This document shows positions 13,517 through 23,182 of a stretch of DNA of 64,000 bases, piece after piece. Under the pieces are notes generated by a model. The model saw only the letters and a list, made by a program, of their open reading frames with translations. It ran no database searches and was not told where the DNA came from. This DNA comes from Podarcis tiliguerta (lineage: Eukaryota), in NCBI GenBank assembly GCA_965153285.1, contig OZ229115.1. One strand, written 5' to 3'. Both the position numbers and the translations under genes were made by a program. Numbering within the stretch: the stretch's first letter is position 1; each line of letters begins with the position of its first letter.

Positions 13517-14268
13517 ACATTTCTATACCACCCTGCATTCAATTCTTATGTTTCAAGTTAAAAAGGAACTAAGTTAATGCAAGTAAGTAAACTGAGCAGA
13601 TGATTAGCATTTTAAAAACAACTCATCAAATCTCCCAGGATATTGACAGACATGTCCCTGGTAGGAAAGGAAAGGGTGTCCAAAGGTGAATGATAACAGA
13701 AGAGATGATATTAGTTTTAATAAATATTACTGGAAGAAGAACAAAGGAAGGCAGGATCTGAAAGGCTGAAGCGTTCACTTTCTACAGGTGTTAGTCAAGA
13801 TTACTATATTTACAGTCAGAATGGCCTTAAATTAATACAGAGACAATACTATGCCTGTCACAAATGTTCTAACTTGCTTGCAAAAATGATAAACTGAACA
13901 GAAGTAACGATATCAGCCTGACAATTTCAGAAACAACAGATATAGAGAAAATTATATTTTGATGGCTACTGTCTATTGTTGAAAGCAGCCAAATGCAATA
14001 CTGCAATATTAAAAAGCAATATTCAGGGTGACTGCCTTTTCAATCTGAAGACAGGGTGATACTCTGCACTATAGAATAAACAGCTCAAAGTAATCTCAGT
14101 TCAGTTACGTTAACAGATGTCTGCAACATGAAATACCAAGTTTTTAGGCATTACTCTTAAAGGTTGCAGCAGAAACATATCAGAATTCTTGTTGGCCTCA
14201 TAATAATGTTAAAATATCACTTTTATATTTGATAGCAGCACACTAGGGGGAAAAAACTTTGAGGCTAC

Positions 14269-14411
14269 CATATTGCTAGGATCAATCTTCTCATGCATTT
14301 GAGATTTCACAGGGCACTCCACATATTCATATGCTCTTTCTTGATGCGCAGGAACAGGATAGCTCTGGTTCTCACTAAGACTGCCAGCTGACTGCATATT
14401 CATTGGACAAC
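14269..14411 (-). CDS. HCCS: HCCS coding exon 2 (143 nt)
   Basis: GCPMNMQSAGSLSENQSYPVPAHQERAYEYVECPVKSQMHEKIDPSNM; VPAHQERAYEYVECP is conserved with human HCCS; canonical splice sites. Confidence 0.95.
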
Positions 14412-15259
14412 CTGAAACAAAACAAACCATAATTTTGTGCAGCAGAATATGAACTTAATGGCAAATGATCTCGTTCACTGTGCCCTTAATTTGAACTTTA
14501 TTCATGCTTCTATTTATACAGTTTGATGTAGTGTGACTGGAAATGTATTTTGTGAGTCAATATTTATACTGCAGCACAATATACCCTGAGGCACAGGGAC
14601 AGGTGAATGAAGCAAGCATGTCTCTCTGCACAGCTTTGCCTTGCTATGCCAGGCTTCACTGGCAGGAAGGCTGTTCTGCTAGAGATCCCAACCTACTGAA
14701 AGCATGAATAGGTGGAAGTTGCCACTGGCAGCAGCCAATGTAATGTCCTGTAACAGGGTGTTCCAGAGCTAGGGAACCCATGGAAGACAATCTTACTCGG
14801 CTACGAGTGATCACCAAAGAAGAAGAAGAAGGATCAAAATAGATCCTAAGCGAGTTCAACAAGCTGTAAGATCCAGCCCTCGTTTCTGCACATCCCCTGC
14901 CACTGATATACCAAAACAACCTTCTTTTCCTATCAAGCACAAGTGGTAGGGTTGTGTTGGTTGTTTCACTATTCTGTTAAGCCCTGCTGAAGCCCAGCCA
15001 GTGTTAGGATTGGGACCTTGGTTCACATTTTGATTTATGAAAATAAATGTCCTGTATTTCTCTTCTGTAGCTGCAATGGAAAAGTCATTCATGAAGATTG
15101 TTTTTTCTTATTAGATTACTAGCTAGGGTTCCATTTAAAATTCATATAACTTCTGTTTTACAACAGCTGCACTAGTTGCCAGGAAACGTTTAATGTCCTA
15201 ATGATTGGGCCCAAAATATCTGAAGGATCATCTCCATCACTATTATTCTTGGGTGTTAG

Positions 15260-15575
15260 GAGTGGGCTCTCTTGGTAATTGCCTCACCCTCCAAATTGTG
15301 AGGAATGGCAGTCCAAGAGAGAACTTTCTCCCCTAAATTGTGGAACTCCCTCCCCACAAAGTGTGTCTAGCATCTTCATTATGCAGCTTTCAAGGCATGC
15401 TGAAGAGGATTCTCTTTACTTTGGATATTAGGACCTTTGTTTTATGGGACCCGCCTCTTTTGTTGAATTTATATCATTCTCTTCATCTGAAACGGTATTA
15501 CATGTTTTATAATTGCATATTGTAATGCTGTAAACTTAAGATGAAGAGAGGGTAGGCAACCTTATAAATAAATAA
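15260..15575 (+). mobile_element. Old L2-like LINE 3' fragment
   Basis: ttgtggaactccctcccc...gtgtgtctagcatcttcattatgcagctttc is a decayed LWNSLP...FK-type segment followed by an (aaat)n tail. Confidence 0.4.
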
Positions 15576-16262
15576 GTTATCATAATGAGAAGATCGAATA
15601 AGAATTCTAATGCTGGCTAATAAGAGTGTCTAGCCTGAATTCAGAAGCTTCTTAATGAGGAAAAAAAATCCCAACGGCAAAAAACTCTCTTGCTTTAACA
15701 TCCACACATTTAGGGCTTAAAGAACCAGCCATATTTGCTCTGGGTCCACAAATACTGGCTGGCCTTGGAAGCCAAGCCAAACGGTTGTGATTGCCGGGAC
15801 CCCATTTCCCTTTGTCGCAAACCTCATACAAGGTAAGAGATACCCCACTGCTTCCCTTTCCAGCTCCAAGCTTGTTGGTTTCGTCCTACACTTCTAGCAT
15901 GGTCCAGACACCTTGACTCCAAAGACACTACCCTTGTCCACCCCACCTTTTCTTACTCAAGCTGAAAAGACTGGCAGAGCCTTGCTGATTTGGCCTGGTA
16001 TAGCTGAGGCATTTCAGCCACCTCAGAGGCTGAACAATCACCACCCTTCACTCTATGAACCTTTGTGTAGGAGAAAGGGAGAACTACATAGAAACTTTAC
16101 GAACTTCACCCACCTCTGTAGCAGCAAGGCTGCTGGGAGTTCTCATATTTACCAGGCCAACAAAAATGTGGAAACCTATGCTTATTGTTAAATAAGCCTC
16201 TTTGAAGCGATTTTAGAATCATTTTTCACATGCTTAGCTTGTTTAGTTGAGTGAGCAATTAC

Positions 16263-16368
16263 CTTCCATGTTCTTCTGGTGCATTGGACATTGTGAAGGC
16301 ACAGCCTGAGGCTGTTCTGATACATTTGCTTGGAGTGCAATTGATGGAGAAGATGCAGATGAACCCAT
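16263..16368 (-). CDS. HCCS: HCCS coding exon 1 (exon begins in 5' UTR at about 16405)
   Basis: MGSSASSPSIALQANVSEQPQAVPSQCPMHQKNMEG, similar to human [34 protein letters not shown]; Gly2 myristoylation-type start and CPMH heme-regulatory motif; the six exons total 804 nt = 267 aa + stop. Confidence 0.93.
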
Positions 16369-17602
16369 GACAACCTCGTCCTTAAAACCAGATCTGACAG
16401 GGCATCTGAAATGCAAAGTCAAGCATATTAATACAGTGTATTATTTACTAGAAAAATGAAAAAATAAAACCAGAAAGGTGACTTGCTAAGAAAAATTATT
16501 TCAGAGACTGAAAGTGAATAGTTATGGTCAGATATGAAGCATGGCCATAACGGTTATTAAATACTGGAGGGAAGGCTCGGGACAGTGGCCCCAAGTGAGA
16601 GAATGCTCAGAATAGGACAGACAGAGACCCTGAGTGACTTCCAGGCAGTAGCTCCGAGCAAGGGAAGGTGCATTGGGCAGCAGCCTTGGCAGCACACTTA
16701 AATCTCTCTCCTCCACACCACAGGCCCCCCTATTAAAGTGGGGTGCTCCCCATTTTACGTGATTTCAGTTATGCACATGGGGGGCTGGAACATAACCCCT
16801 GCATAAATGTGGGGATGCTTGTAAATATAAACCAGGAACTATAAACTGCACTTCTACCTACTTTCCACATGCATCTTTGAAATTTACCGGGGGGGGGGGA
16901 TGTCTGGGGTACTTCAAGTCTTATTCCTACTCGGAGCGAGGCTTCGCCAAAGGATTCAATGGCAAGACACTCTCAGAGCATTTCATGCAGTGACTACACA
17001 GATTTGATTTTCCACATCAGAAAGGAATTTGGTAACATGCACACCTGTCCATGTCCAAGCGCTTTCAGGTAGTCACAGCCACCATTCACCTGGATGGTGA
17101 GAATTTTCTGTGCGTCAAACGTACAGAAACAGAGAAAGTTACCTGAAGTACATGAACAGTTCTTGAAGCAGTGGAGACTGGTCGATTAGGGGGAAAGGGG
17201 CACTGTTCCACCAGCCTCAGCCTGCCCCCACCTGCCTGCCTTCTTACAACCAGTCTTATGGGTGACAGCGGCTGTCAGTTTCCTCCGCCTTAGTCTGTAT
17301 TGCCCTTGAACTTATCAAGGAGGATGGGAACAAAACTAGAACTGGTTGGTTCCGCTTGTCATTGGCTCTAGCTCCACTTACCATTGTTCTCCCTGCCTTT
17401 CAAGCTTCTATCTCCCGTGGGCGCTAGCCACCACACAGACCTGAAGGCCTCAAAAAGGAGGGGAGAAACAGGACAACTCTTAGGGGATTCTTTTTCTCAC
17501 CCTAAATAGAGAACGGGAGCTAAAAAGGTAACAAGTTTCTTTATCCAGTCCAGCACCTAGCAGTTTAAAAGGTCAAAACCAGAATACAACTACTGCACAC
17601 CT

Positions 17603-17751
17603 GGGATACCTGAGTCAGTGGAGCATGAGACTCTGAATCTCAGGGCCATGGGTTCGAGCCCCACGTTCGGCAAAAGATCCCTGAACTGCAGGGGGTTGGA
17701 CTAGATGGTCCTCGTGGTCCCTTCCGACTCTACAATTGTGTGATTCTGTGA
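17603..17751 (+). mobile_element. tRNA(Lys-like)-headed SINE with CR1-type 3' tail (Squam2-like)
   Basis: tcagtggagcatgagactctgaatctcagggccatgggttcgagccccacg head; ggttggactagatggtcctcgtggtcccttccgactctacaattgtgtgattctgtga tail; copies at 34142-34288 (-) and 48383-48445 (partial). Confidence 0.7.
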
Positions 17752-17853
17752 CTTTTTTTCCATCCTGCTGCTTCCAAGATGAGGCAGCCCGACAGCATTT
17801 GGAGATGCCATGTGAAGGCAGGCAAAGGATCAATGATTTAGCTAATTTTAGTA

Positions 17854-17988
17854 CAGTGGTACCTCAGGTTAAGTACTTAATTCGTTCTGTTCTTAACCTG
17901 AAACTGTTCTTAACCTGAAGCACCACTTTAGCTGATGGGGCCTCCTGCTTACATAAACCTGAAGTTTATGTAACCGGAGGTGCCACTG
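17854..17988. mobile_element. Internally deleted Tc1/mariner MITE
   Basis: TA|cagtggtacctcagg ... ggaggtgccactg|TA. Confidence 0.8.
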
Positions 17989-18299
17989 TATTTTAGTAGG
18001 AAAGGAGATGGGAGGGGGGAAAGCGCAGAATGAGAACCTGGATTTCCGGCTTTTAGGAGGATCTGCCCAGGGTCACCTTGCAGGGGTCCTTGACGGTTAT
18101 AAGACCAATGCAATGCATTAGGGGGAGCTGTATGCGCAGGCACGTGGGGCACCACACACATCACCAGCCACATCCGAGCCTTCACACAACAACACGGGCA
18201 GATCAGGGCGGCCTGAGCAGGCCGAGGCCATGAGATGGGGAGCTGGACTTGTGTAAGGTGGGGGGGGGGGGGGGAGGTGTCTTCTTGGTCACCAAAACC

Positions 18300-18830
18300 A
18301 GCTCATGCGTTCAGTGGGGAAAGCCTGAAGGGCGCTTCTCCCTCAGAGGGAAGGCCTCGCCGCCCACAACGCGAAGCGGAGCCCGGAGGCCTGTCACGCA
18401 AGGCGCGTGACACGCCACTACACACCCACCCACCCGAATTTCACCGATGGCGGGGGGAGGACAACCGCCGCTTACCTCTGTTTCCTCGACCACTTCGGGG
18501 GCCCTAGTCACGAGATGCGTCCCACTTCTCGCGAGAGCCGACGCTGCGAGATCAGGGCGGAGCTCAAAGGGCCAACGGGACTGAACTAAGAAGCGGGTGG
18601 GGAGAATGGTTTGTGCGCGCGTGCGGGAGGTGGGGGGCGGGGCCTGGAACCCAGCGCTCCGCGAATTCAAAAAGGAGAGGGCGCGAGGTAAAAAAAAAAG
18701 CGAGAGACGTTAGGTTCCTCGTTTCCACGGTAACCGCAGAGGCCGCTTCTCTCCCGTCGCGAGCTCCGGGCGTGAGGAGAAGAGTTTCTCTCTTCCCGCC
18801 TTTCCTCCCCCCGAACCTTCAGGCTTCGTT
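18300..18830 (-). promoter_or_regulatory. CpG-island promoter and non-coding first exon of the HCCS-like gene (donor at 18476)
   Basis: High CpG density; donor CAGAG|gtaagc at 18476/18475; TCTCGCGAGA palindrome 18527-18536; GC boxes; NRF1-like gcgcgtgcg near 18617; X-box-like gtttccacggtaac 18721-18734. Confidence 0.75.
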
Positions 18831-19141
18831 TTGAAAGGGGGGGGAGGGAGTGTAAATAATAGCACTGAGCATGCTACGAGTGCCTTTCCTTCTCCATGGA
18901 GTGACTATAAACCTCACAGCTTAGCCAATGGCGCTTAGTTTCCCATGTCAGAGGTTTCAAGGCGAGTAAGCTCGATCATTGTCCCTTTTCACGTGAGGAA
19001 ATTAAGCCTTGGTGGTGACCAATGGGGCAAAATGTGCTTTATCGTGTCAGTCATTTAATCCATAGGGTCCTCTTCATTTACTAGTCGATGCTGACTGTGG
19101 ATAGATAACCACGCCGTCCCCTATTTGCGTGTGTGTAAAGA

Positions 19142-19190
19142 CCAGAGTCGGCCACGACTGGACCTAATGGTCAGGGGTCCCTTTACCTTT
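19142..19190 (+). mobile_element. Sauria SINE 3' fragment
   Basis: ccagagtcggccacgactggacctaatggtcaggggtccctttaccttt is the Sauria SINE 3' end with ACCTTT tail. Confidence 0.7.
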
Positions 19191-19683
19191 AAAGATCACA
19201 CATCTTGGATTTATTGGATCCCCACACACGACCCCCCCCCCTTCTTTCTTCAGATTTCCCCAGACCTGGCTGAAATCTAAACACCGCCCCCAAACAGCAG
19301 CTCGTCCCTGGTGCGACAAATTGCGCCTTAGCTCTGCTGAATCCTAAGAAATGCAAAACCGAAAAGAGTGGTTATTTTATTTGTTCCAGTGTGACACCTG
19401 TTGGTGCTGAAGCGGCCAGGATTTGAAAACTTTCGACCACAGCGTTCCCCGTGATGGCTAAGGACAGAACAGAGAGTAGGTAAGGTCACCCTTCTCCCTC
19501 TAAAACCTCCTTTCTTCCTTTTGCTCTCTTTCTGTTGCCACCCCCTTTCTTTCTCGCTCCCTGCCCAGCGGAAGGCAGGAAGAACAGATCCCCCTTGCAA
19601 CAACTGGTCGTTTGCAGGTGCCCACAGGTTGCCCACCTATGAGGTTTTTCCACCAGTAATGGAAAGGCTGTGAAATTCTAAAG

Positions 19684-19820
19684 CAGGCTTCCTCAACCTC
19701 CACCCTCCAGATGTTTTTGAGACTACAATTCCCATCATCCCTGAATACTGGTCCTGCTAGCTAGGGATCATGGGAGTTGTAGGCTAGAAACATCTGGAGA
19801 GAGGAGGTTGAGGAAGCCTT
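19684..19820. mobile_element. hAT-type MITE (URR1/Charlie-like)
   Basis: TIRs caggcttcctcaacctc / gaggttgaggaagcct; 8-bp TSD ttctaaag / tcctaaag; internal actacaattcccatcatccct / agggatcatgggagttgtag inverted pair. Confidence 0.75.
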
Positions 19821-21474
19821 TCCTAAAGTATGCAAAACCTTGCACCAAAGTAATTAACTTTTTTTTTAAAAAAAAAGGAAAGCAAAACTGGACAAAAATA
19901 CATATTGATGTCAAATATTATTCCACTAGCAGTTCAGCACCAGTGCTGTGGACAGATCAATTAAAACTATGATCCGTTCTGGAAGAACCACCATTCTGGC
20001 AGGTAAAGAAAAAAACACCACCTCAGGTCTTTAATCGGAACTTAGCTTTACAAGTGGCACTGAATGAATTGGGGAACAGATAGGGTACACAACACATTAT
20101 TTTTCCAACTGTTAAAAAATGAAACTATCTGACAACCCTGAAAAATTCAGCTACTTAATTCAGAGTATTACTAGCATTTTATTTATTATTGTGTGTGTGT
20201 CCTTTATTCATTGTAAAATAGTGCTCTGTTAGTTTGCAGCAGCAACAAGTTTAATACTATGGCAGGTAATAAAACTGCCATTAGCTTGTGTAGACTGCAG
20301 TGAATTTCATTAAGCGCACAGAATTAGTCTGTATATGTATAATCAATAATATTGTTTACAAAAGCACTTACAATGTTGCTTTCTACAGTAAAGCAATATT
20401 TAATTGTATCACATCTCTTATTGCTTTGGCATGTTAAGTTCTCGAATTCACAAAATAATTAAGCTTTATAGTCCAGTAGCTTTAAACATCTGTAGAAATC
20501 GTTTATCCATTACTCCTAATGTTTCTACAATTGGAGACTATGAAAAAGAATTATAAGTTTATTCAATGCTGCTATACAGATCTAAATTCTAGAATAGCAA
20601 GTGAGAACAGAAAAAGAATGAACTAAGTGGCTCATAGAAAAACAAACGCCAGTAGTTACACAGTCATATTATTGTATTGCTTTATTATGTCCACATGGAA
20701 CTATAGTGCTGCTATTAAGACTGTTCAAATGAGTAGACAAAATGACAAGATTGCCTACCACTACTAACTTTGCAAGTAGAAGCAGCTGCAGAGGGAATAA
20801 TGGCTCTGCCTACTGAATTACATCCTCAGTTCATGCAAGGTATGTTAATGATACTCAACAAGCTTGACTAGCATCCCACATGAACAATGTATGTGGCTCA
20901 AACATTCCCAGGAACTGATTGCAAGAGGCGCAGGGGTTGTGTGGAAGTCACACAACAATTCATCAACAAACAAGTAAATGTGGAAGAAGGTTCTGCAAAT
21001 ATTTGAAATCTACAGATGTAGAATAATGGAGTGGCACAACAACCAGAAATGATATAAAAATTATGAACACTGCACACTGAGGGAACAACCACTTAGGTAA
21101 GGCCTGCACAAGGTGTCCGCAGATACAAGTTTCTTAGTTGTGAAATTAGTTCCTAAAGGACACTTGGATGACTCTGCTTCGTTTTTTGCAAGCACTTTTA
21201 ATGAATGAAGTTTTAACCTGGATTTCTGCTTATAACTTCAAAGCCCTTACTGAAGTTCTCTGCTTTCAGTGTTGCTGTTTTGTTGTAATTATTTTAGTTC
21301 CATGAATGGATTTTAATTTGTTGTTGCTGTTATATTCTTTATTGTTAGATAAAGAATTCACATACAATAATATATATATATATATATATATATGCTTTCG
21401 TAGATTTTCACGGGTACAGGAATGCAGGTTTTGGTGTCCTCGGGTGTCTTCCCGTGTAAAAGTTGGGGTGTCTA

Positions 21475-21514
21475 GGCGACGTTTCGACGAGGTCTCACTC
21501 GTCATCTTCAGGCT
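21475..21514 (-). ncRNA. Minimal type I hammerhead ribozyme motif in the PLE 3' end (left copy)
   Basis: Mirror image of 24708-24747. Confidence 0.7.
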
Positions 21515-23150
21515 GGTGCTTTCGGCTTCTTGTTACTGGAACAGAGCAGGATCTCAGTGTTTGAGTTCCTATAAATACTGTTGAGGAGGTGTGGTGTATA
21601 GCCTCCAATGTTCTGGGCAGAGAGGAGGTTCCCAGGCTAGTGTGCCTTTTCTTCTTTTGTTCCTTAATTACTTGAGGGATATCTTGAGTGATTTCTTGAG
21701 TGATTTCCTGAATCCCACTTAGGTGGGTCATTAGGTGTGGATTAGTTGCTAAAGCCTTCGTGTCTTGAACTCTTGAACTTTGTGAAGAGTTTTTCTGAGA
21801 AGATGGTTGTACTGCACTTGGCTGTGCTCTGGCTTGGCTTCGTGTATAGGGGCGAGCTGTGGTTTTGTGGCCTGTGCCAGCCAGATCTGTGTAGGGATTG
21901 CAGGGGGGTGCAGCATCCGGAGGTGCCACCCTGGTTTGGCTACTGGATGGTGTCTGTAATTTATCTGTGGAGAGGGTCTGGGTTTGGGTCTGGTGTGGTT
22001 GATTGGTGATGGCGTTCTGTGTGCCTCTGGATCTGGTGTCAGATTTTGTGGGGAGGGCTAATTTCCAGATGTCTGGCAAGCGGGATGTGTCGTCACGCTT
22101 GTTCATGTTGTGAGGGTGTTTCTCTATCTCGATGGCTTCCATGATTATTCTCTTGTGGTGATGTTCCATGTTAAAGAGCAATTTGGAATCTGCAAAATTA
22201 ATTTCGTGTCCTGTTTCTTTCATGTGTTGGAAAAGAGAGGAAGTTTTTTCTTCTTTTTTGACGGCATTCTTGTGTTCTGCGATCCGTGCATTTATTCGTC
22301 TGTTTGTTTGTCCAATGTACGTGGCTGGGCAGACTTTGCAGGGTATTTCATAGACCCCTTGGTTTTCCAACTGAATTTTATCCTTGGGGTTTCTGAGGAT
22401 ATTGGCTATTTTTTGGTTGGTGCAAAAGGCTGTTTTGATATTGTGTTTATGGAGGATTTTGCTAATTTTATCTGTAGTGCCCTTGATATAAGGAAGGAGG
22501 GCTATGCCATTGTTTTCTTCTGTGTCTTGGTTTTTGGGGGGTGTTTCTTTTTGGATTAGCTTCGTAACCCTGTTTTGCTGGTATCCATTGGCAATTAACA
22601 CATTTGAGAGATTCTGTAACTCAGTTGTCAAGTGGTCTTCGTCAGCCAGGCGTTTGGTTCTGGAGATGAGAGTCTTGGCTACGGAGTTTATTTGTGCAGG
22701 GTGGTGGTGTGATTGTGCATGTAAGTAGCGGTTGGTGTGTGTTTTTTTCCGGTAGATAGTGTGTCCTAGGGAGCCATCAGGTTTTTTGTAGATTAGGACG
22801 TCAAGGAAGGGAAGTTGGTTGTTGGCTTCTATTTCCATAGTGAATTGTATTTTGGGGTGTAGGCTGTTGAGATGTGTGAGGAAGCTATCCAGTTTTTCCT
22901 TCCCGTGTGGCCAAATTACAAAGGTGTCGTCAACATATCTGAGCCAAAGTTTGGGTTTGTGTTCTGACTTGTCTAAAGCATTGGTTTCAAAGTGTTCCAT
23001 GTACAGGTTAGCGATGACCGGTGAGAGGGGTGATCCCATAGGTGCTCCTTCTATCTGTTTGTATCTTTGTCCATTGTGGATGAAGTACGTGTTGGTTAGG
23101 CAGTGGTTGGTCAGGTCCAAGATGTATTCGGGGGGATTGTATTTGTTTTG
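21495..23150 (-). CDS. 5'-truncated PLE reverse transcriptase + GIY-YIG endonuclease, left copy
   Basis: YKQIEGAPMGSPLSPVIANLYME, WLRYVDDTF, LPFLDV, YRKKTHT (RT); GVYEIPCKVCPATYIGQT...EH...H...GH (GIY-YIG with CCHH). The first ~10 aa of the 561-aa track ORF come from reading across the inversion junction. Confidence 0.92.
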   Translation of the reverse strand, partial: QNKYNPPEYILDLTNHCLTNTYFIHNGQRYKQIEGAPMGSPLSPVIANLYMEHFETNALDKSEHKPKLWLRYVDDTFVIWPHGKEKLDSFLTHLNSLHPKIQFTMEIEANNQLPFLDVLIYKKPDGSLGHTIYRKKTHTNRYLHAQSHHHPAQINSVAKTLISRTKRLADEDHLTTELQNLSNVLIANGYQQNRVTKLIQKETPPKNQDTEENNGIALLPYIKGTTDKISKILHKHNIKTAFCTNQKIANILRNPKDKIQLENQGVYEIPCKVCPATYIGQTNRRINARIAEHKNAVKKEEKTSSLFQHMKETGHEINFADSKLLFNMEHHHKRIIMEAIEIEKHPHNMNKRDDTSRLPDIWKLALPTKSDTRSRGTQNAITNQPHQTQTQTLSTDKLQTPSSSQTRVAPPDAAPPCNPYTDLAGTGHKTTARPYTRSQARAQPSAVQPSSQKNSSQSSRVQDTKALATNPHLMTHLSGIQEITQEITQDIPQVIKEQKKKRHTSLGTSSLPRTLEAIHHTSSTVFIGTQTLRSCSVPVTRSRKHQPEDDE

Positions 23151-23182
23151 GACAAAGATACAAACAGATAGAAGGAGCACCT

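Noticed and set aside
17603-17680. tRNA-Lys gene (also 34215-34288)
   Set aside because: Degenerate head joined directly to a CR1-type tail and present in several copies, so a SINE rather than a tRNA gene.
23151-23180. N-terminal MLLLSVCIFV of the 561-aa ORF as a real start
   Set aside because: It is the antisense strand of the right arm read across the inversion junction; the element is 5'-truncated within the RT.
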